Below, in pieces: positions 46,486-58,045 of a stretch of DNA of 64,000 nucleotides. Source of the stretch: a virus; IMG/VR virus record IMGVR_UViG_3300021963_005223, positions 1 through 64,000 of that record; one strand, 5' to 3'. Each line of letters starts with the position of its first letter. Positions within the stretch are counted from its first letter, which is position 1. Both the position numbers and the translations under genes were made by a program. Below the pieces are notes generated by a model. It had not been told where the DNA came from. It was given only the letters and a program-made list of their open reading frames with translations, and did not search any database.

Positions 46486-49053
46486 ATGCCATCTTCTTCT
46501 GCGCTACTAAAGTCGTCTTTACACAATTCAATTGCTAAAGGTCTCTATAATGAGATACAGAATCGCACAGCCAAATATTATTATTTTTTAGGTAAGACTC
46601 TGCAGTGGCCACAGGAATTATCGCCACCAACCCCAATTGATTCTCGTAAATATGATTTAGAATCACGTAATGAAATTATTACAATGAAAGAAATTCGTTC
46701 AACAGATGTAGCGTTTATTGTTGATCGAATTAACTGGCAATCTAATACCGTATATGATATGTATGATGATCATTATTGTGATGAATTAGATGGTATTAAT
46801 TTAATTTCTGGTGGTTATGGATATGCTGATCCTCCAACTGTTAATATTACAGGTGGTGGTGGAACAGGTGCTACTGCTGTTTCATACATATCAAATGGTG
46901 TTGTAATAGCAATAGAATTAACAAACGCTGGTCGTGGATATGTAAGCACACCAACTGTTACATTAACTGGTGGTGGTGGCGAGGGATCACTTGCTACTGC
47001 TGTTCTTCCTATTTCTTTCTCTGGTAAGCAGAGAATGGAAGACTGCAATTTTTATGTTGTGACTGATGAATTCAACGTATACAAATGTTTAGATAACAAT
47101 AACAACGCTGCTTCTACATACAAGCCAGTTGGTACTACTGTTGATCCAGTTACACTGCCAGATGGATATATGTGGAAATACATGTATAGTATTCCTATTG
47201 CTTTACGTAATAAGTTTCTGACAGAAGCATATATGCCAGTTGTCACTGCTATTCGCCCACAATTTTATTCTAGTGGAGCAATACAAACAGTTAAAGTAGA
47301 CAAACGTGGTCAGAACTACACATATGCAAATATCTCTGTTTCTGGAGACGGATATAGAGAACTTGATCCATTGTTTATTATTGGAAGTAATGTATCCAAT
47401 CAAGGTTCTGGTTATATATCAGCAACAGTAGATATTACTCCACCATTTACTTCTTCAACATGGACAGCTAGTATTAATGTTCTACTTGGCCAAAAATATA
47501 AGTATGGTAATAATATCTATGAAGTAGTTTTACCTGGAACAACTGCAGCACCAGCACCAACACATGGTTCTGGAATAATATCAAATGGTACTGCTGCTTT
47601 AAAATATATCGGTACAGTTGCAAGAGCAACAGCAACGGTATCAGCAAATAAAGTGACTGCAATTAACCTTATCGGCGCAGTTAGAGAAGTTGCACTTACA
47701 GATGGTGGTGTTGGTTATATAAATGCACCAGCTGTTTCTTTCTCTGGTGGAGCAGGATCTGGTGCAACTGCTTCTGTTATAATGACTGGCACTTCAGTAA
47801 GAACTGTAGTTATTTCCAATTCTGGAGATAATTATACTTCTACTCCATCAGTAACCCTTGGAACTTCTTGGACTGCAGCAACAGCACTTACTTTACAGCA
47901 ACAAGTTTATGTTGCTAATAGGCTATATACAGTAACAACTGCAGGAACAACAGGAGGTGTTGCTCCTACTCATACAAGTGGTTCTGCTTCTAGCGGAACT
48001 GCAACACTAGCATATGCTGGTCGCCCTGCAACTGGTTCAGTTGTGTTAAGATATGGTACTGGTTACTCTAGTTTACCAACTGTTACTATTAGTTCAACAA
48101 GTGGAACTGGAGCAACTGCTTATCTTTCTGGTATAAAGTCAGAAGCAAAATTAATACCACTATTAAATAGTGGAGAATTAATTGGAGTTGAAATTGAAGA
48201 TGGTGGTATTGGTTATACATACGCCAACTTAACAGTTACTGGTGATGGAACTAATGCAGAACTTTCTGCAGATTTATCTCCAGGCGATGTAAGTACACTT
48301 CAGGCTAACACTGAGTTATTAACTGTTGATGGACGTATTATGTCTATTAAAGTTATATCAGGTGGATATGGTTATGCTGGTGCCACTATAACTATTACTG
48401 GCGATGGTACTGGCGCAGCTGCTGAAGCTATTACTGAAAATGGTAAAATTAAAAAAATCCGTATGACTAATTATGGTCAAGGTTATCGCTGGGCACAAGT
48501 TACAATCAGTGGTTCTGGTTTTGGTGCAACTGCAAGAGCTATTATGACTGACTTTGGTGGTCACGGGAAAGATTCTATCAATGGTTTATATGCTAGATCT
48601 TTAATGTTCTATTCAAATGTGTCTAGAGATAAAAATCAAGGATTTGACGTTAACAATGACTTCCGTCAAATTGGAATTATTAAAAACCCAAGAAAATATG
48701 GATCAACATATTCATTAGATTCTATTTTGGCATCAGCTTGTTTCGTTGTCAATGGGTCTATTAATACTAACAATTTTGTAAAAGACCAGACCATTTACTT
48801 GTCGAATAATGGAGCTAGATTTAGAATAGTCAATTTAACTAGCAATTCTGCCTTAGTGCAAAGTTTAGACAATGCAATACCAGTGGTTGGGTCAGTATTA
48901 ACCAACGACGCATCACAAAATTTCACAGTTTCTGGATTGACTCTACCAACAGTAGATAAATATTCTGGTGATCTGCTTTTCGTGGACAATAAACAAGCGT
49001 TTACTCCAACCGCAGACCAAACAGTAACTCTTAGAACTGTTATAAAATTCTAA
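46486..49053 (+). CDS. gp8: baseplate wedge subunit with inserted repeats
   Basis: [40 protein letters not shown]. Confidence 0.85.
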   Translation: MPSSSALLKSSLHNSIAKGLYNEIQNRTAKYYYFLGKTLQWPQELSPPTPIDSRKYDLESRNEIITMKEIRSTDVAFIVDRINWQSNTVYDMYDDHYCDELDGINLISGGYGYADPPTVNITGGGGTGATAVSYISNGVVIAIELTNAGRGYVSTPTVTLTGGGGEGSLATAVLPISFSGKQRMEDCNFYVVTDEFNVYKCLDNNNNAASTYKPVGTTVDPVTLPDGYMWKYMYSIPIALRNKFLTEAYMPVVTAIRPQFYSSGAIQTVKVDKRGQNYTYANISVSGDGYRELDPLFIIGSNVSNQGSGYISATVDITPPFTSSTWTASINVLLGQKYKYGNNIYEVVLPGTTAAPAPTHGSGIISNGTAALKYIGTVARATATVSANKVTAINLIGAVREVALTDGGVGYINAPAVSFSGGAGSGATASVIMTGTSVRTVVISNSGDNYTSTPSVTLGTSWTAATALTLQQQVYVANRLYTVTTAGTTGGVAPTHTSGSASSGTATLAYAGRPATGSVVLRYGTGYSSLPTVTISSTSGTGATAYLSGIKSEAKLIPLLNSGELIGVEIEDGGIGYTYANLTVTGDGTNAELSADLSPGDVSTLQANTELLTVDGRIMSIKVISGGYGYAGATITITGDGTGAAAEAITENGKIKKIRMTNYGQGYRWAQVTISGSGFGATARAIMTDFGGHGKDSINGLYARSLMFYSNVSRDKNQGFDVNNDFRQIGIIKNPRKYGSTYSLDSILASACFVVNGSINTNNFVKDQTIYLSNNGARFRIVNLTSNSALVQSLDNAIPVVGSVLTNDASQNFTVSGLTLPTVDKYSGDLLFVDNKQAFTPTADQTVTLRTVIKF

Positions 49054-49081
49054 CAATAGTAATTAACTAGAAGAGTAAAAG

Positions 49082-52000
49082 ATGATCGATTTCAATACCG
49101 AACCATATAATGACGATTACGACGAGAACAGTAAATTCTATAGAATTTTGTTCCGTCCAAGTTTCGCTCTACAGGCTCGTGAATTAACACAATTACAATC
49201 TATCCTTCAGAAACAAATCCAGCGTCATGGAGATAATATCTTCAAACAAGGTTCAATGGTTCTGCCTGGACAAATATCGATTGATACTAATGCACAATAT
49301 GTTAAATTGCAGCCATTATATAATGGCGTAGCTGTAGAAACATTTTTATCTAATCTTAAAGATAAAGTTATTGTTGGTTCAAATAGCAGCCTGACAGCAG
49401 AAGTTATCAAAGTTCAAAGTGCTGAGCAAACTGAGCCATCAACAATTTATGTTCGTTATAAAAATTCTGGAAGCAACAATACAACTAAAGTATTTGCTGC
49501 AGGAGAAGTAATTACAACAGAAGATACTCAATATTCTTTCCAAGCTATAGCAGATACCCCAACTGGAATGGGTTCAATTGTTTCCATTGAACGTGGTGTT
49601 TATTACGTTAATGGTTTCTTTGTTCTAGTTGGCGCACATTCTATTATTCTTGACAAATATAGCAACACACCATCATATCGTGTTGGATTGAATGTAGAAG
49701 AAAAAATTGTTACTCCTGAAGAAGATGCAACTTTATTGGATAATGCCCAAAATAGTTTCAACTATGCTGCTCCAGGTTCTCATCGTTATTATATCGATTT
49801 AACTCTAAAGAAAGTTTCTTTAGAGTCAGCTTCTGACGCCAACTTTATTGAATTGCTACGTGTTGAAAATGGTGTCAATAAAAAGATTACTACTAAGACA
49901 GAATATTCTGTTTTAGAACAAACACTGGCTCGTCGCACTTATGATGAGTCTGGTGATTATACTGTAAGAAACTTCAATATTGATATTCGTGAACATCGCA
50001 CAAATAATCGTGGCGCATGGATACAAAATACTGCATTCTTAATCGGCGACGTTGTCACTAATGCTGGTAAAACATATGTAGCTAAAAATAGTGGAACTTC
50101 TGTTACAACTGCTCCAGTACATACTACTGGTACCGCATATGATGGTCCAGGATCTACTGGTATTCAATGGGAATATACAACAACACCAGTTTACAATCGT
50201 GGCATCTACAAAAATGGTGATGAGTCTAAACTTGCTATCGGTTTAGAGCCAGGAAAAGCATATGTTCGTGGATATGAGATTGAAAAGATCGCCACAGAAT
50301 ATGTTGCTATTAACAAATCTCGTGAATATTCTCAGGCAGATAATGCTTTTATTTCTGCAGAAATAGGTAATTATGTTGTAGTCAACAATCTATGTAAGAT
50401 TCCTCCAATCGGAACTAATGCTGTAGTTAATCTGAGAGATCAATTAACTGCAACACGTGGAACTGAAGCAGGATCTATCATTGGTACTGCACGTGTTCGT
50501 GGTATAGAATGGGACAATGGATCAATTGGATCTACTACAGCATCATATAAGTTATTTTTGTATGATATCAATATGGCCAGTGGTAAACAGTTCTCTAGAA
50601 ACGTTAAATCGTTTGGATTGACTTCAACAGGATTTACTGCTGATGTTAACCCAATCACTACACCATTAATTGGTTCTGTTACTGCTGCTGGAACAACTGT
50701 TACTGGTAATGGAACTTCTTTTTTAACAGATTTAATTGTTGGTGACTATATTTACGTTAACAACGCATCATATAGAATTACTGCAATCGCTTCTCAAGTT
50801 TCATTAACAATATCTGCTTCTCTAACTGCAACAAACGCAGCATATAGTTTAGTCAAAACTAACGTGTTAGCAACTAATCTAGAGAAGTCTTTATTCAGTT
50901 TACCATATAGCACAGTTCGTTCTTTAAGAAGTGCATTATCAACGAATGATACTTCTTACACAGTTTCAGCATTATACAGCGAAACTGTAGCTTCAGGTAA
51001 TATTAACTTGAATGCTGCAGCAGGAACTTTTGCTTCTGGTTCTGTCACTGGAAACTTTATTGTGACTAGAAATGATAATGGTGATATTATTCCTATTAAC
51101 AGTGTAACAGTAACAGGAAGTTCTGCCACTATTAACGTTGGCACATTATATAATGGTGTTACTTGTACTATTGTTGGAACATTAAACAAAACTGGTTCTA
51201 GTTCTACAGAGAAAACTAAAACACACGTTACTGGTGCGACTAAAACATTTACAACTTTAACAACAGTTTCTCCAACAACATTATCTTTAGGTAAAGCTGA
51301 CTGCTGGAAGATTAACAGCGTTAAAATGGATTCTGGTTCTTTTGCATCCCCAACAGGTTCTTATACTATCGATATTTCTGATCGTTATGAATTTGATAAT
51401 GGTCAAAGATCAACCCATTATGATCTTGGTAGAATTGTATTAAAAGATACATACGCTCCACCATCTGCACCTATACAAGTAACTTTTGAATATTTTACTC
51501 ATTCAGTTGGAGATTATTGCAGCGTTAATTCATATCCTGCAACTATTTCATATTCAGAAATTCCAGCAGAATTAAGAGATGGTTTAGACTTCCGTCCAAG
51601 AATTGATGACGATGGCATTAACTTCAGCACGGTAACTCAATTACCAAGACGTGGTTCTAACATAACTACAGACTTTACTTATTATTTGTCCAGAAAAGAA
51701 AAAATTGCTGTTGACATAAATGGTAATTTCTTTAATATTTCTGGAACATCATCTATTAATCCAGGTGATGCTGAAGATTCTTCAACAGGAATGATTCTTT
51801 ACAAACTAACTCTTTCTCCTTATACTTTTGATACTACAAGCAACAATATTAAAATTGAATCTGTTGATAATAGACGTTATACAATGCGCGACATCGGTAA
51901 ATTAGAAAAGCGTATTGATAACTTAGAATATTACACTTCACTTTCGTTACTAGAACAACAAACTGAGTCTTTAAAAATAACAGACTCTACTGGTCTAGAC

Positions 52001-55000
52001 AGAATGAAGAATGGATTTATAGTTGATAACTTTACAGGTCACGGTATCGGCGCAGCTGATTCTGTAGACTATCGTTGTTCAGTTGATATGAACAAAGGTG
52101 AGCTACGCCCATTCTATACAATGAAAAACGTCAATTTAATTGAAAAGGCATCTACTAATGCTGCTCGTTCAGCAGCAAAATATTCACAATATGGAGATGT
52201 TATAACTCTTCCAATCTTAGAGAATGTTCCGTTAATTAAACAACAGTTTGCTTCTCGTTTAGAAAACATCAATCCATTTGCAGTATTCACTTTCCTTGGT
52301 GATGTTAAACTAAATCCTCAAACTGATGACTGGTTTGAAACTGAACGTCGTCCAGATATTATCAATAATATAGAAGGTAATTTTACAACAATCAATACTC
52401 TTGCTGAAAAAGCTGGAGCATTGGGTACTGTTTGGAATGCTTGGCAAACTCAATGGACTGGTCAACAAGTTAGTGGAACATTTGGTTTTGCAAACGCAAA
52501 TTCTGGTTCAGTTAATTTCGGTGGAGTATTTGGAACTGTTAGCGCAAACTTTGGTAGCAGAGGTGGTGGTGCACGTCGTTGGGTTACGGCAGAACTAACA
52601 GCCACTCAAGTTGGTCAAACACGATCAGGTATCAAAACTGATATTGTAGCAAAAATTGATAAACAAATTGTTGCCGATCGTGTATTATCAACAGCTGTTA
52701 TTCCATATATTCGTTCTAGAAATGTTTTAGTTCAAGTTCGTGGTTTAAAACCATTAACACGTTTCTACCCATATTTTGATGATGTAGATATGTCTGCGTA
52801 TTGCACGCCAGCATCCAAAATTACTTATACATCAACTAGCGGAACATTTGATGCTACAACAAACGTAGGTGGTATCGCTACTGAAGAAGCACGACGCATT
52901 AATGGCGATTCTCAAGTTTGTTTGAATCGTGGTGATTATATTAGAGGTGTTACAAGTAATGCTACTGCTGTTGTAATTGGAACTGAAACGGATTATGACA
53001 CTAATACTAAATCTTTATTTGTTGTAAACATAAAGGGAACATTCCAGAATAATGAACAAATTACTGGTTCTGTTTCTAATGCAGTTGGAGTTATTAACTC
53101 CATCACTGTAAATGCAACAGGTGGAAATCTTGTAACTAATAAGAGTGGCGATGTTAATCTACTATTCTTTATTCCAAATACAGACTCAGTTCGTTTCCGC
53201 ACTGGCTCACGTGAGTTTAAACTTGTAGATAGCTCTACTGCAAATGGCGCATTTACTTCTCGTGGTCGTGCTCAATATAGAGCAGAGGGTATCGTTGAAA
53301 CTAAACAAGCAACTGTAAATGCAGTACGTAATGCTGAGTTGGTTCAGAACGTAGTCGAAGATAGCAGAACTATTATTGAGACATCTTCACGTGTTCTATC
53401 AGACACAGGTTGGTATGACCCTCTTGCACAAACATTCTTGATCGACAACAAAGGTGGTGCATTTTTAACTAAGGTCGACATTTTCTTTGCAAGTAAAGAT
53501 ACTGCTATTCCTGTCACTTTGGAAATTCGTGAAGTTATAAACGGATATCCAGGTAAGCGTGTTTTACCATTCTCACGTGTAACTCTACGTCCAGAGCAAG
53601 TAAACATTTCAACTAACACAGTTGATTTAGATGGAGTAGCAACTCCTACATTTGATACTCCAACATCGTTTGTGTTTCAATCTCCTGTTTATGTTCAGGA
53701 TGCATCTGAATATTGTATCGTTTTAATTTCAGATTCTAACAAATATAAATGTTGGATTTCTCAGTTGGGTGATACTGTCCCAGGAACAAGCAGAACTATT
53801 TCTGAACAACCATATCTTGGATCGCTATTTAAATCTCAGAATGCTTCAACATGGACAGCAGATCAAACTCAAGATTTAATGTTTACAATATACAAAGCTA
53901 AATTTGATATATCTGGAGTTGGAACAGTTCAGTTTGTTAATGATGTTCTTCCTTATACCACATTAGATACAGATCCATTCCAAATGACTGCTGGATCTAA
54001 TATTATTCGTGTATGGCAAAATAATCATGGTTTAACAGATGGTTCTAAAGTAACTATCTCTGGTGTTTCTGGAACATTAAATGGTATACCTGCTGCAGAA
54101 TTAAATGGAACATGGTTTATAAGTAATATTGACGTTGATTCTTATACAATTACTACAACAACCACAGCAACTAAGACTGGCTATTATGGTGGAACTACAG
54201 TAAGAGCTACTGGACAGGTTCAATATGATTCAGTTATGCCAGTTGCTCAAGTTCAAAATTTCTCAGAAACTTCTACAACATATTCATTGAAAACTACATC
54301 TGGAAGATCAGTTGATGGTTCTGAAACTCCATATGTTCAGGATATTTCTTTCGGTGCTTGTTTAGTTAATGAGAATAACTATTTTTATAGCCCACGTTTA
54401 GTTTCTTCTGAAATAAACGAAAATACATTTACTGGTGGCAATAAATCAGTGACTTTTGCTATAAACTTATCTTCAACTAATAATTCTTTATCGCCAGTTT
54501 TAGATACACAGCGTATGAGTTTGATTGCTATTTCCAATAGAATTAACTCTCCTTCTCATACCAATACCAATGTAACTCCAACTGACTATACTCAGTTATT
54601 TACTGGCGCAACGGGAGCATTTAGCTTCTCTGGCTCTACAATAACTTCCACTGTTTCTGCAGTTAGAAATTTAATGCAGACTATCGGTATTGGTCAATTT
54701 ATTAGAGTAGAGGGAACTACAACTGCTGGAAACGCTGGAACTTATCTTGTAACTGATGTCATCGACAATGGAAGTAATTGCACGATTACTGTTTCTGGAG
54801 TAACATTTACTTCTGAAAATGCGGTTACTGGAACTATAGTTTCTACAGTTAACCTGTTTACAGACGAGATTGCTCCAGTAGGATCTTCAACGATTTCCAA
54901 GTATGTTTCCAAGACTATTAAATTGGCTCTTCCATCTACATTCATGAAGATCAGGTATTCAGCCAATATTCCAAACCAGTCTGACGTTTTAGTTTATTAT

Positions 55001-55231
55001 AAGACTATTTTGGGGTCTTCGGGTAATATAGATAAGACTAAATATACTTTAGCAACCCCTATTTCAACACCAACTAAAGTTGAAAATGGAAATGAAAGAT
55101 TCTATGATGTGGACTACTCTTTAAATAATTTGAATCCATTCGATACTGTTCAGGTCAAGTTAGTTATGAAGTCTACTAATACATCTGCAGTTCCAAGAAT
55201 TAAAGATTTAAGAATTATTGCATGCGCATAA
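49082..55231 (+). CDS. large virion structural protein (VrlC / DUF4815-like)
   Basis: PYNDD..FRP..QARELTQLQ, ARRTYDESGDY, RYTMRDIG, DPLAQTF, LFKSQNASTW. Confidence 0.85.
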   Translation: MIDFNTEPYNDDYDENSKFYRILFRPSFALQARELTQLQSILQKQIQRHGDNIFKQGSMVLPGQISIDTNAQYVKLQPLYNGVAVETFLSNLKDKVIVGSNSSLTAEVIKVQSAEQTEPSTIYVRYKNSGSNNTTKVFAAGEVITTEDTQYSFQAIADTPTGMGSIVSIERGVYYVNGFFVLVGAHSIILDKYSNTPSYRVGLNVEEKIVTPEEDATLLDNAQNSFNYAAPGSHRYYIDLTLKKVSLESASDANFIELLRVENGVNKKITTKTEYSVLEQTLARRTYDESGDYTVRNFNIDIREHRTNNRGAWIQNTAFLIGDVVTNAGKTYVAKNSGTSVTTAPVHTTGTAYDGPGSTGIQWEYTTTPVYNRGIYKNGDESKLAIGLEPGKAYVRGYEIEKIATEYVAINKSREYSQADNAFISAEIGNYVVVNNLCKIPPIGTNAVVNLRDQLTATRGTEAGSIIGTARVRGIEWDNGSIGSTTASYKLFLYDINMASGKQFSRNVKSFGLTSTGFTADVNPITTPLIGSVTAAGTTVTGNGTSFLTDLIVGDYIYVNNASYRITAIASQVSLTISASLTATNAAYSLVKTNVLATNLEKSLFSLPYSTVRSLRSALSTNDTSYTVSALYSETVASGNINLNAAAGTFASGSVTGNFIVTRNDNGDIIPINSVTVTGSSATINVGTLYNGVTCTIVGTLNKTGSSSTEKTKTHVTGATKTFTTLTTVSPTTLSLGKADCWKINSVKMDSGSFASPTGSYTIDISDRYEFDNGQRSTHYDLGRIVLKDTYAPPSAPIQVTFEYFTHSVGDYCSVNSYPATISYSEIPAELRDGLDFRPRIDDDGINFSTVTQLPRRGSNITTDFTYYLSRKEKIAVDINGNFFNISGTSSINPGDAEDSSTGMILYKLTLSPYTFDTTSNNIKIESVDNRRYTMRDIGKLEKRIDNLEYYTSLSLLEQQTESLKITDSTGLDRMKNGFIVDNFTGHGIGAADSVDYRCSVDMNKGELRPFYTMKNVNLIEKASTNAARSAAKYSQYGDVITLPILENVPLIKQQFASRLENINPFAVFTFLGDVKLNPQTDDWFETERRPDIINNIEGNFTTINTLAEKAGALGTVWNAWQTQWTGQQVSGTFGFANANSGSVNFGGVFGTVSANFGSRGGGARRWVTAELTATQVGQTRSGIKTDIVAKIDKQIVADRVLSTAVIPYIRSRNVLVQVRGLKPLTRFYPYFDDVDMSAYCTPASKITYTSTSGTFDATTNVGGIATEEARRINGDSQVCLNRGDYIRGVTSNATAVVIGTETDYDTNTKSLFVVNIKGTFQNNEQITGSVSNAVGVINSITVNATGGNLVTNKSGDVNLLFFIPNTDSVRFRTGSREFKLVDSSTANGAFTSRGRAQYRAEGIVETKQATVNAVRNAELVQNVVEDSRTIIETSSRVLSDTGWYDPLAQTFLIDNKGGAFLTKVDIFFASKDTAIPVTLEIREVINGYPGKRVLPFSRVTLRPEQVNISTNTVDLDGVATPTFDTPTSFVFQSPVYVQDASEYCIVLISDSNKYKCWISQLGDTVPGTSRTISEQPYLGSLFKSQNASTWTADQTQDLMFTIYKAKFDISGVGTVQFVNDVLPYTTLDTDPFQMTAGSNIIRVWQNNHGLTDGSKVTISGVSGTLNGIPAAELNGTWFISNIDVDSYTITTTTTATKTGYYGGTTVRATGQVQYDSVMPVAQVQNFSETSTTYSLKTTSGRSVDGSETPYVQDISFGACLVNENNYFYSPRLVSSEINENTFTGGNKSVTFAINLSSTNNSLSPVLDTQRMSLIAISNRINSPSHTNTNVTPTDYTQLFTGATGAFSFSGSTITSTVSAVRNLMQTIGIGQFIRVEGTTTAGNAGTYLVTDVIDNGSNCTITVSGVTFTSENAVTGTIVSTVNLFTDEIAPVGSSTISKYVSKTIKLALPSTFMKIRYSANIPNQSDVLVYYKTILGSSGNIDKTKYTLATPISTPTKVENGNERFYDVDYSLNNLNPFDTVQVKLVMKSTNTSAVPRIKDLRIIACA

Positions 55232-55232
55232 A

Positions 55233-55460
55233 ATGGAACAATATCTAAAGGTATCTGGTCACGACAATCTAGTCAGAGACATGTCTTCCAAGGCAGTCAT
55301 AAATACTAGTATGTCCGAATATGAAGAATATATGGCACTTCGTAAAGCAAAAGAACAAGAACAACAACTTATTGCAAACCAGACTGAAGAAATAAATAAT
55401 CTAAAGTCAGATATATCTGAGATTAAGCAGATGTTACAAATGCTTATTAAAGATCGCTGA
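55233..55460 (+). CDS. small coiled-coil protein
   Basis: LVRD..SKAVINT, EINNLKSDISEIK. Confidence 0.7.
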   Translation: MEQYLKVSGHDNLVRDMSSKAVINTSMSEYEEYMALRKAKEQEQQLIANQTEEINNLKSDISEIKQMLQMLIKDR

Positions 55461-55476
55461 AAAATAAGGGAAAATA

Positions 55477-56649
55477 ATGGCGACACTCGTTTTAAGACAA
55501 ACTAAGGGACTACCCCTTACCAACGCTGAAGTTGATGGGAACTTTACCAACTTAAATGATGAGTTGGCGACCAAACTTCCTTCCACCTCATACACTGCAG
55601 CTGACGTTTTAACAAAAATTAAGACTGTAGATGGAACAGGTTCTGGTTTAGACGCAGACCTTTTAGATGGTCTAAGCACTAGTTCAACCTTACCAGGAAT
55701 TGTGGATAAAAGTTCTGTTGTGACTCGAGACACATCTGGTAATACTGCCCTAAACCAATTATCGCTTACTGGTGCATTATCTGGTACAACTGCTACATTT
55801 AGTGGTGGTGTTTCAGTTGGCTCAATCACTATAGCAGGTGGATCCATTCCAGTTTCTGCTGGTGGTACAGGAGCTACAACTGCTCAGAATGCAAGAATAA
55901 ATTTAGGTTTGGTTTTAGATACAGACGTTCAAGCGTATAATTCAAATTTACAAGCATTATCTGCTGCTTCACCAGCAGCAGATAGATTACCATATTATAC
56001 TGGTGCTTCCACTGCAGCTTTAGCAACTTTCACTTCTTTCGGAAGAACTTTAGTTGCTTCTACTGACGTTTTTGCTGCAAGAACTAATCTTGGTTTAGTT
56101 TTGGGTACTGACGTACAACCTTTCTCAGCTGAACTTTCTTCTGTAGCTGGTTTGTCGACTACTGGTATAATTATCAGAACTGGTGCTGGAACCAAAGCAA
56201 CAAGAACTATTACAGGAACAGCTGGAGAAGTTGTTGTAAGTAATGGTGATGGTGTAGCTGGAAACCCAACATTAAGTCTTGGTACAGGTATTGCAAAATT
56301 ATCTGCAAATAACACCTTCGCTGGAACTAACACTTTCCAAGTAATTTATGCAACTGAAGTTAATACAACCTCAGACGAAAGACTGAAAGAGAACATCCAA
56401 ACGCTAAATAATGCTGTGGATATTGTTAATAGTTTGCGTGGCGTAGCCTATATTAAGGGTGGCAAAGCAGAACTTGGTTTGATAGCTCAAGAAGTTGAAC
56501 AGGTTATCCCTCAAGTTGTTGGGACAGATATGTCTGGTTATAAAACCATCGCCTATGGAAATATGGTTAGTATATTGGTCGAAGCTATCAAAGAACAACA
56601 AAAAACAATTAGAGAATTAACTACTCGTTTAGAGAAACTGGAGAAATAA
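55477..56649 (+). CDS. tail fibre protein with C-terminal S74 intramolecular chaperone
   Basis: LDADLLDG, ARxNLGL repeats, SDERLKENI, GLIAQEVE. Confidence 0.88.
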   Translation: MATLVLRQTKGLPLTNAEVDGNFTNLNDELATKLPSTSYTAADVLTKIKTVDGTGSGLDADLLDGLSTSSTLPGIVDKSSVVTRDTSGNTALNQLSLTGALSGTTATFSGGVSVGSITIAGGSIPVSAGGTGATTAQNARINLGLVLDTDVQAYNSNLQALSAASPAADRLPYYTGASTAALATFTSFGRTLVASTDVFAARTNLGLVLGTDVQPFSAELSSVAGLSTTGIIIRTGAGTKATRTITGTAGEVVVSNGDGVAGNPTLSLGTGIAKLSANNTFAGTNTFQVIYATEVNTTSDERLKENIQTLNNAVDIVNSLRGVAYIKGGKAELGLIAQEVEQVIPQVVGTDMSGYKTIAYGNMVSILVEAIKEQQKTIRELTTRLEKLEK

Positions 56650-56650
56650 T

Positions 56651-57031
56651 ATGGCAATTCATGCAGCAACTGGATTTAAAAGATCTGATGGAACAGATGT
56701 AGTAAACCTGTTCTGGAACTACTATGATGCAGGTAACAGAAACTATACTGAAGGTAATGGTAACTGCGGATGGAACTGTGCATGTAATAACTGTAATTCC
56801 AACTGTAACTGTAACTGCGGTAACTGCGACGCTGGAGATATTTCTATTAACGTAGCTACTACCGATAGACGTATTAACATGTTCCGCAACACTGCTTATG
56901 CAGACGGTATCCGTCACGACAATCAAGATAACACTTTAGGTGGTTTCCAATGGTTCCGCACAAACTGTAACTGTAACTGTGCATGTAACTGTAATTGCGC
57001 TTGCGACTGTGCTTGTGCTTGTGCATGTTAA
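56651..57031 (+). CDS. Cys-rich (Xaa-Cys)n protein, candidate rSAM substrate
   Basis: 19 Cys in two clusters. GGAG RBS, 1 nt after the fibre stop codon. Confidence 0.8.
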   Translation: MAIHAATGFKRSDGTDVVNLFWNYYDAGNRNYTEGNGNCGWNCACNNCNSNCNCNCGNCDAGDISINVATTDRRINMFRNTAYADGIRHDNQDNTLGGFQWFRTNCNCNCACNCNCACDCACACAC

Positions 57032-57045
57032 TGGAGACAGAATAA

Positions 57046-57975
57046 ATGTTTAAAATTATTAAAACTCAAATTACAGCATCTTTAAAAGAAGGTTCTGAGA
57101 TTGGTATAAATGCCAATTATAGAACAACAATGGGCTATAATTCTGAAGACAAAACAATTTCAGTAAAAGTAGAAAAATTAAACAGACCAGATTTGACTCG
57201 TGAAGAAAATTTGGAAGTAACATACACAGAAGTAGCTTCTAGAATATTTGGTTTAGAAGATTTTCCACAAAATACTGATAACATAACTTGGTTCACTGAG
57301 TATGATGTTGAAGCAAATAAAATTTCAGATCCGATTGAGATTTGGGATTGGGTTGCTACATTACAACAAAAGACTCCTCCTGCTCCAAATGTTCCATATA
57401 CTATCGGTTCTTTACAAACAGACTTCGCAGCTCACTTTACGCCAAAAATACTTCCATTATTTCATTTAGGTTCTTTCAATAAATCAGTTGAAAATTTTGA
57501 AGGTTCATTGTTACAATTTTACGTAACAAATGCAGACCAAACTACATTGGCTCCACATGATACAATTTTAACAGATCCAAATCTAGAAGTTAAAACTTCA
57601 TTAGAAAAATCTCAGTGGAGTAGTATCAATATTTTACCTATGCTTTCATACAATTTACTAGACGCTAATGGAGATGTAGTTGAAGTTGAACAGACTAAGA
57701 TGGTAACACCTCGTCACCAAAAAGTAACTTTACCTAAAGCTGATGAATATTCTGTTAGAATTAACTTCACTAAACCTGCATTTAAAAATATTTCCAATAC
57801 ATATAATGTTTCAGTGGTTAATGGCGGAATTAATAAAAATAGGATTGTAATTTCAGAAGGATCTTCTGTTGTTCTAGTTAATGCACGTGGACTAAATTCT
57901 GGAGACTTCGTTAAAGTTAAGCTAAATATTGGAAAGTATAATAGTTTCGGTGAATTCTGGATTAATATTCAGTAA
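57046..57975 (+). CDS. hypothetical protein
   Basis: GGAG RBS, no recognisable motif. Confidence 0.7.
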   Translation: MFKIIKTQITASLKEGSEIGINANYRTTMGYNSEDKTISVKVEKLNRPDLTREENLEVTYTEVASRIFGLEDFPQNTDNITWFTEYDVEANKISDPIEIWDWVATLQQKTPPAPNVPYTIGSLQTDFAAHFTPKILPLFHLGSFNKSVENFEGSLLQFYVTNADQTTLAPHDTILTDPNLEVKTSLEKSQWSSINILPMLSYNLLDANGDVVEVEQTKMVTPRHQKVTLPKADEYSVRINFTKPAFKNISNTYNVSVVNGGINKNRIVISEGSSVVLVNARGLNSGDFVKVKLNIGKYNSFGEFWINIQ

Positions 57976-58045
57976 ATTTGAACTAATAATTTTGAAATAA
58001 ATACTCGATATCTTGTCGAGTATTTTAAATAATTTAAAGGTGAAT

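Noticed and set aside
56960-57031. AACTGT microsatellite or phase-variable tract
   Set aside because: Synonymous codon variation shows the repeat is at protein level
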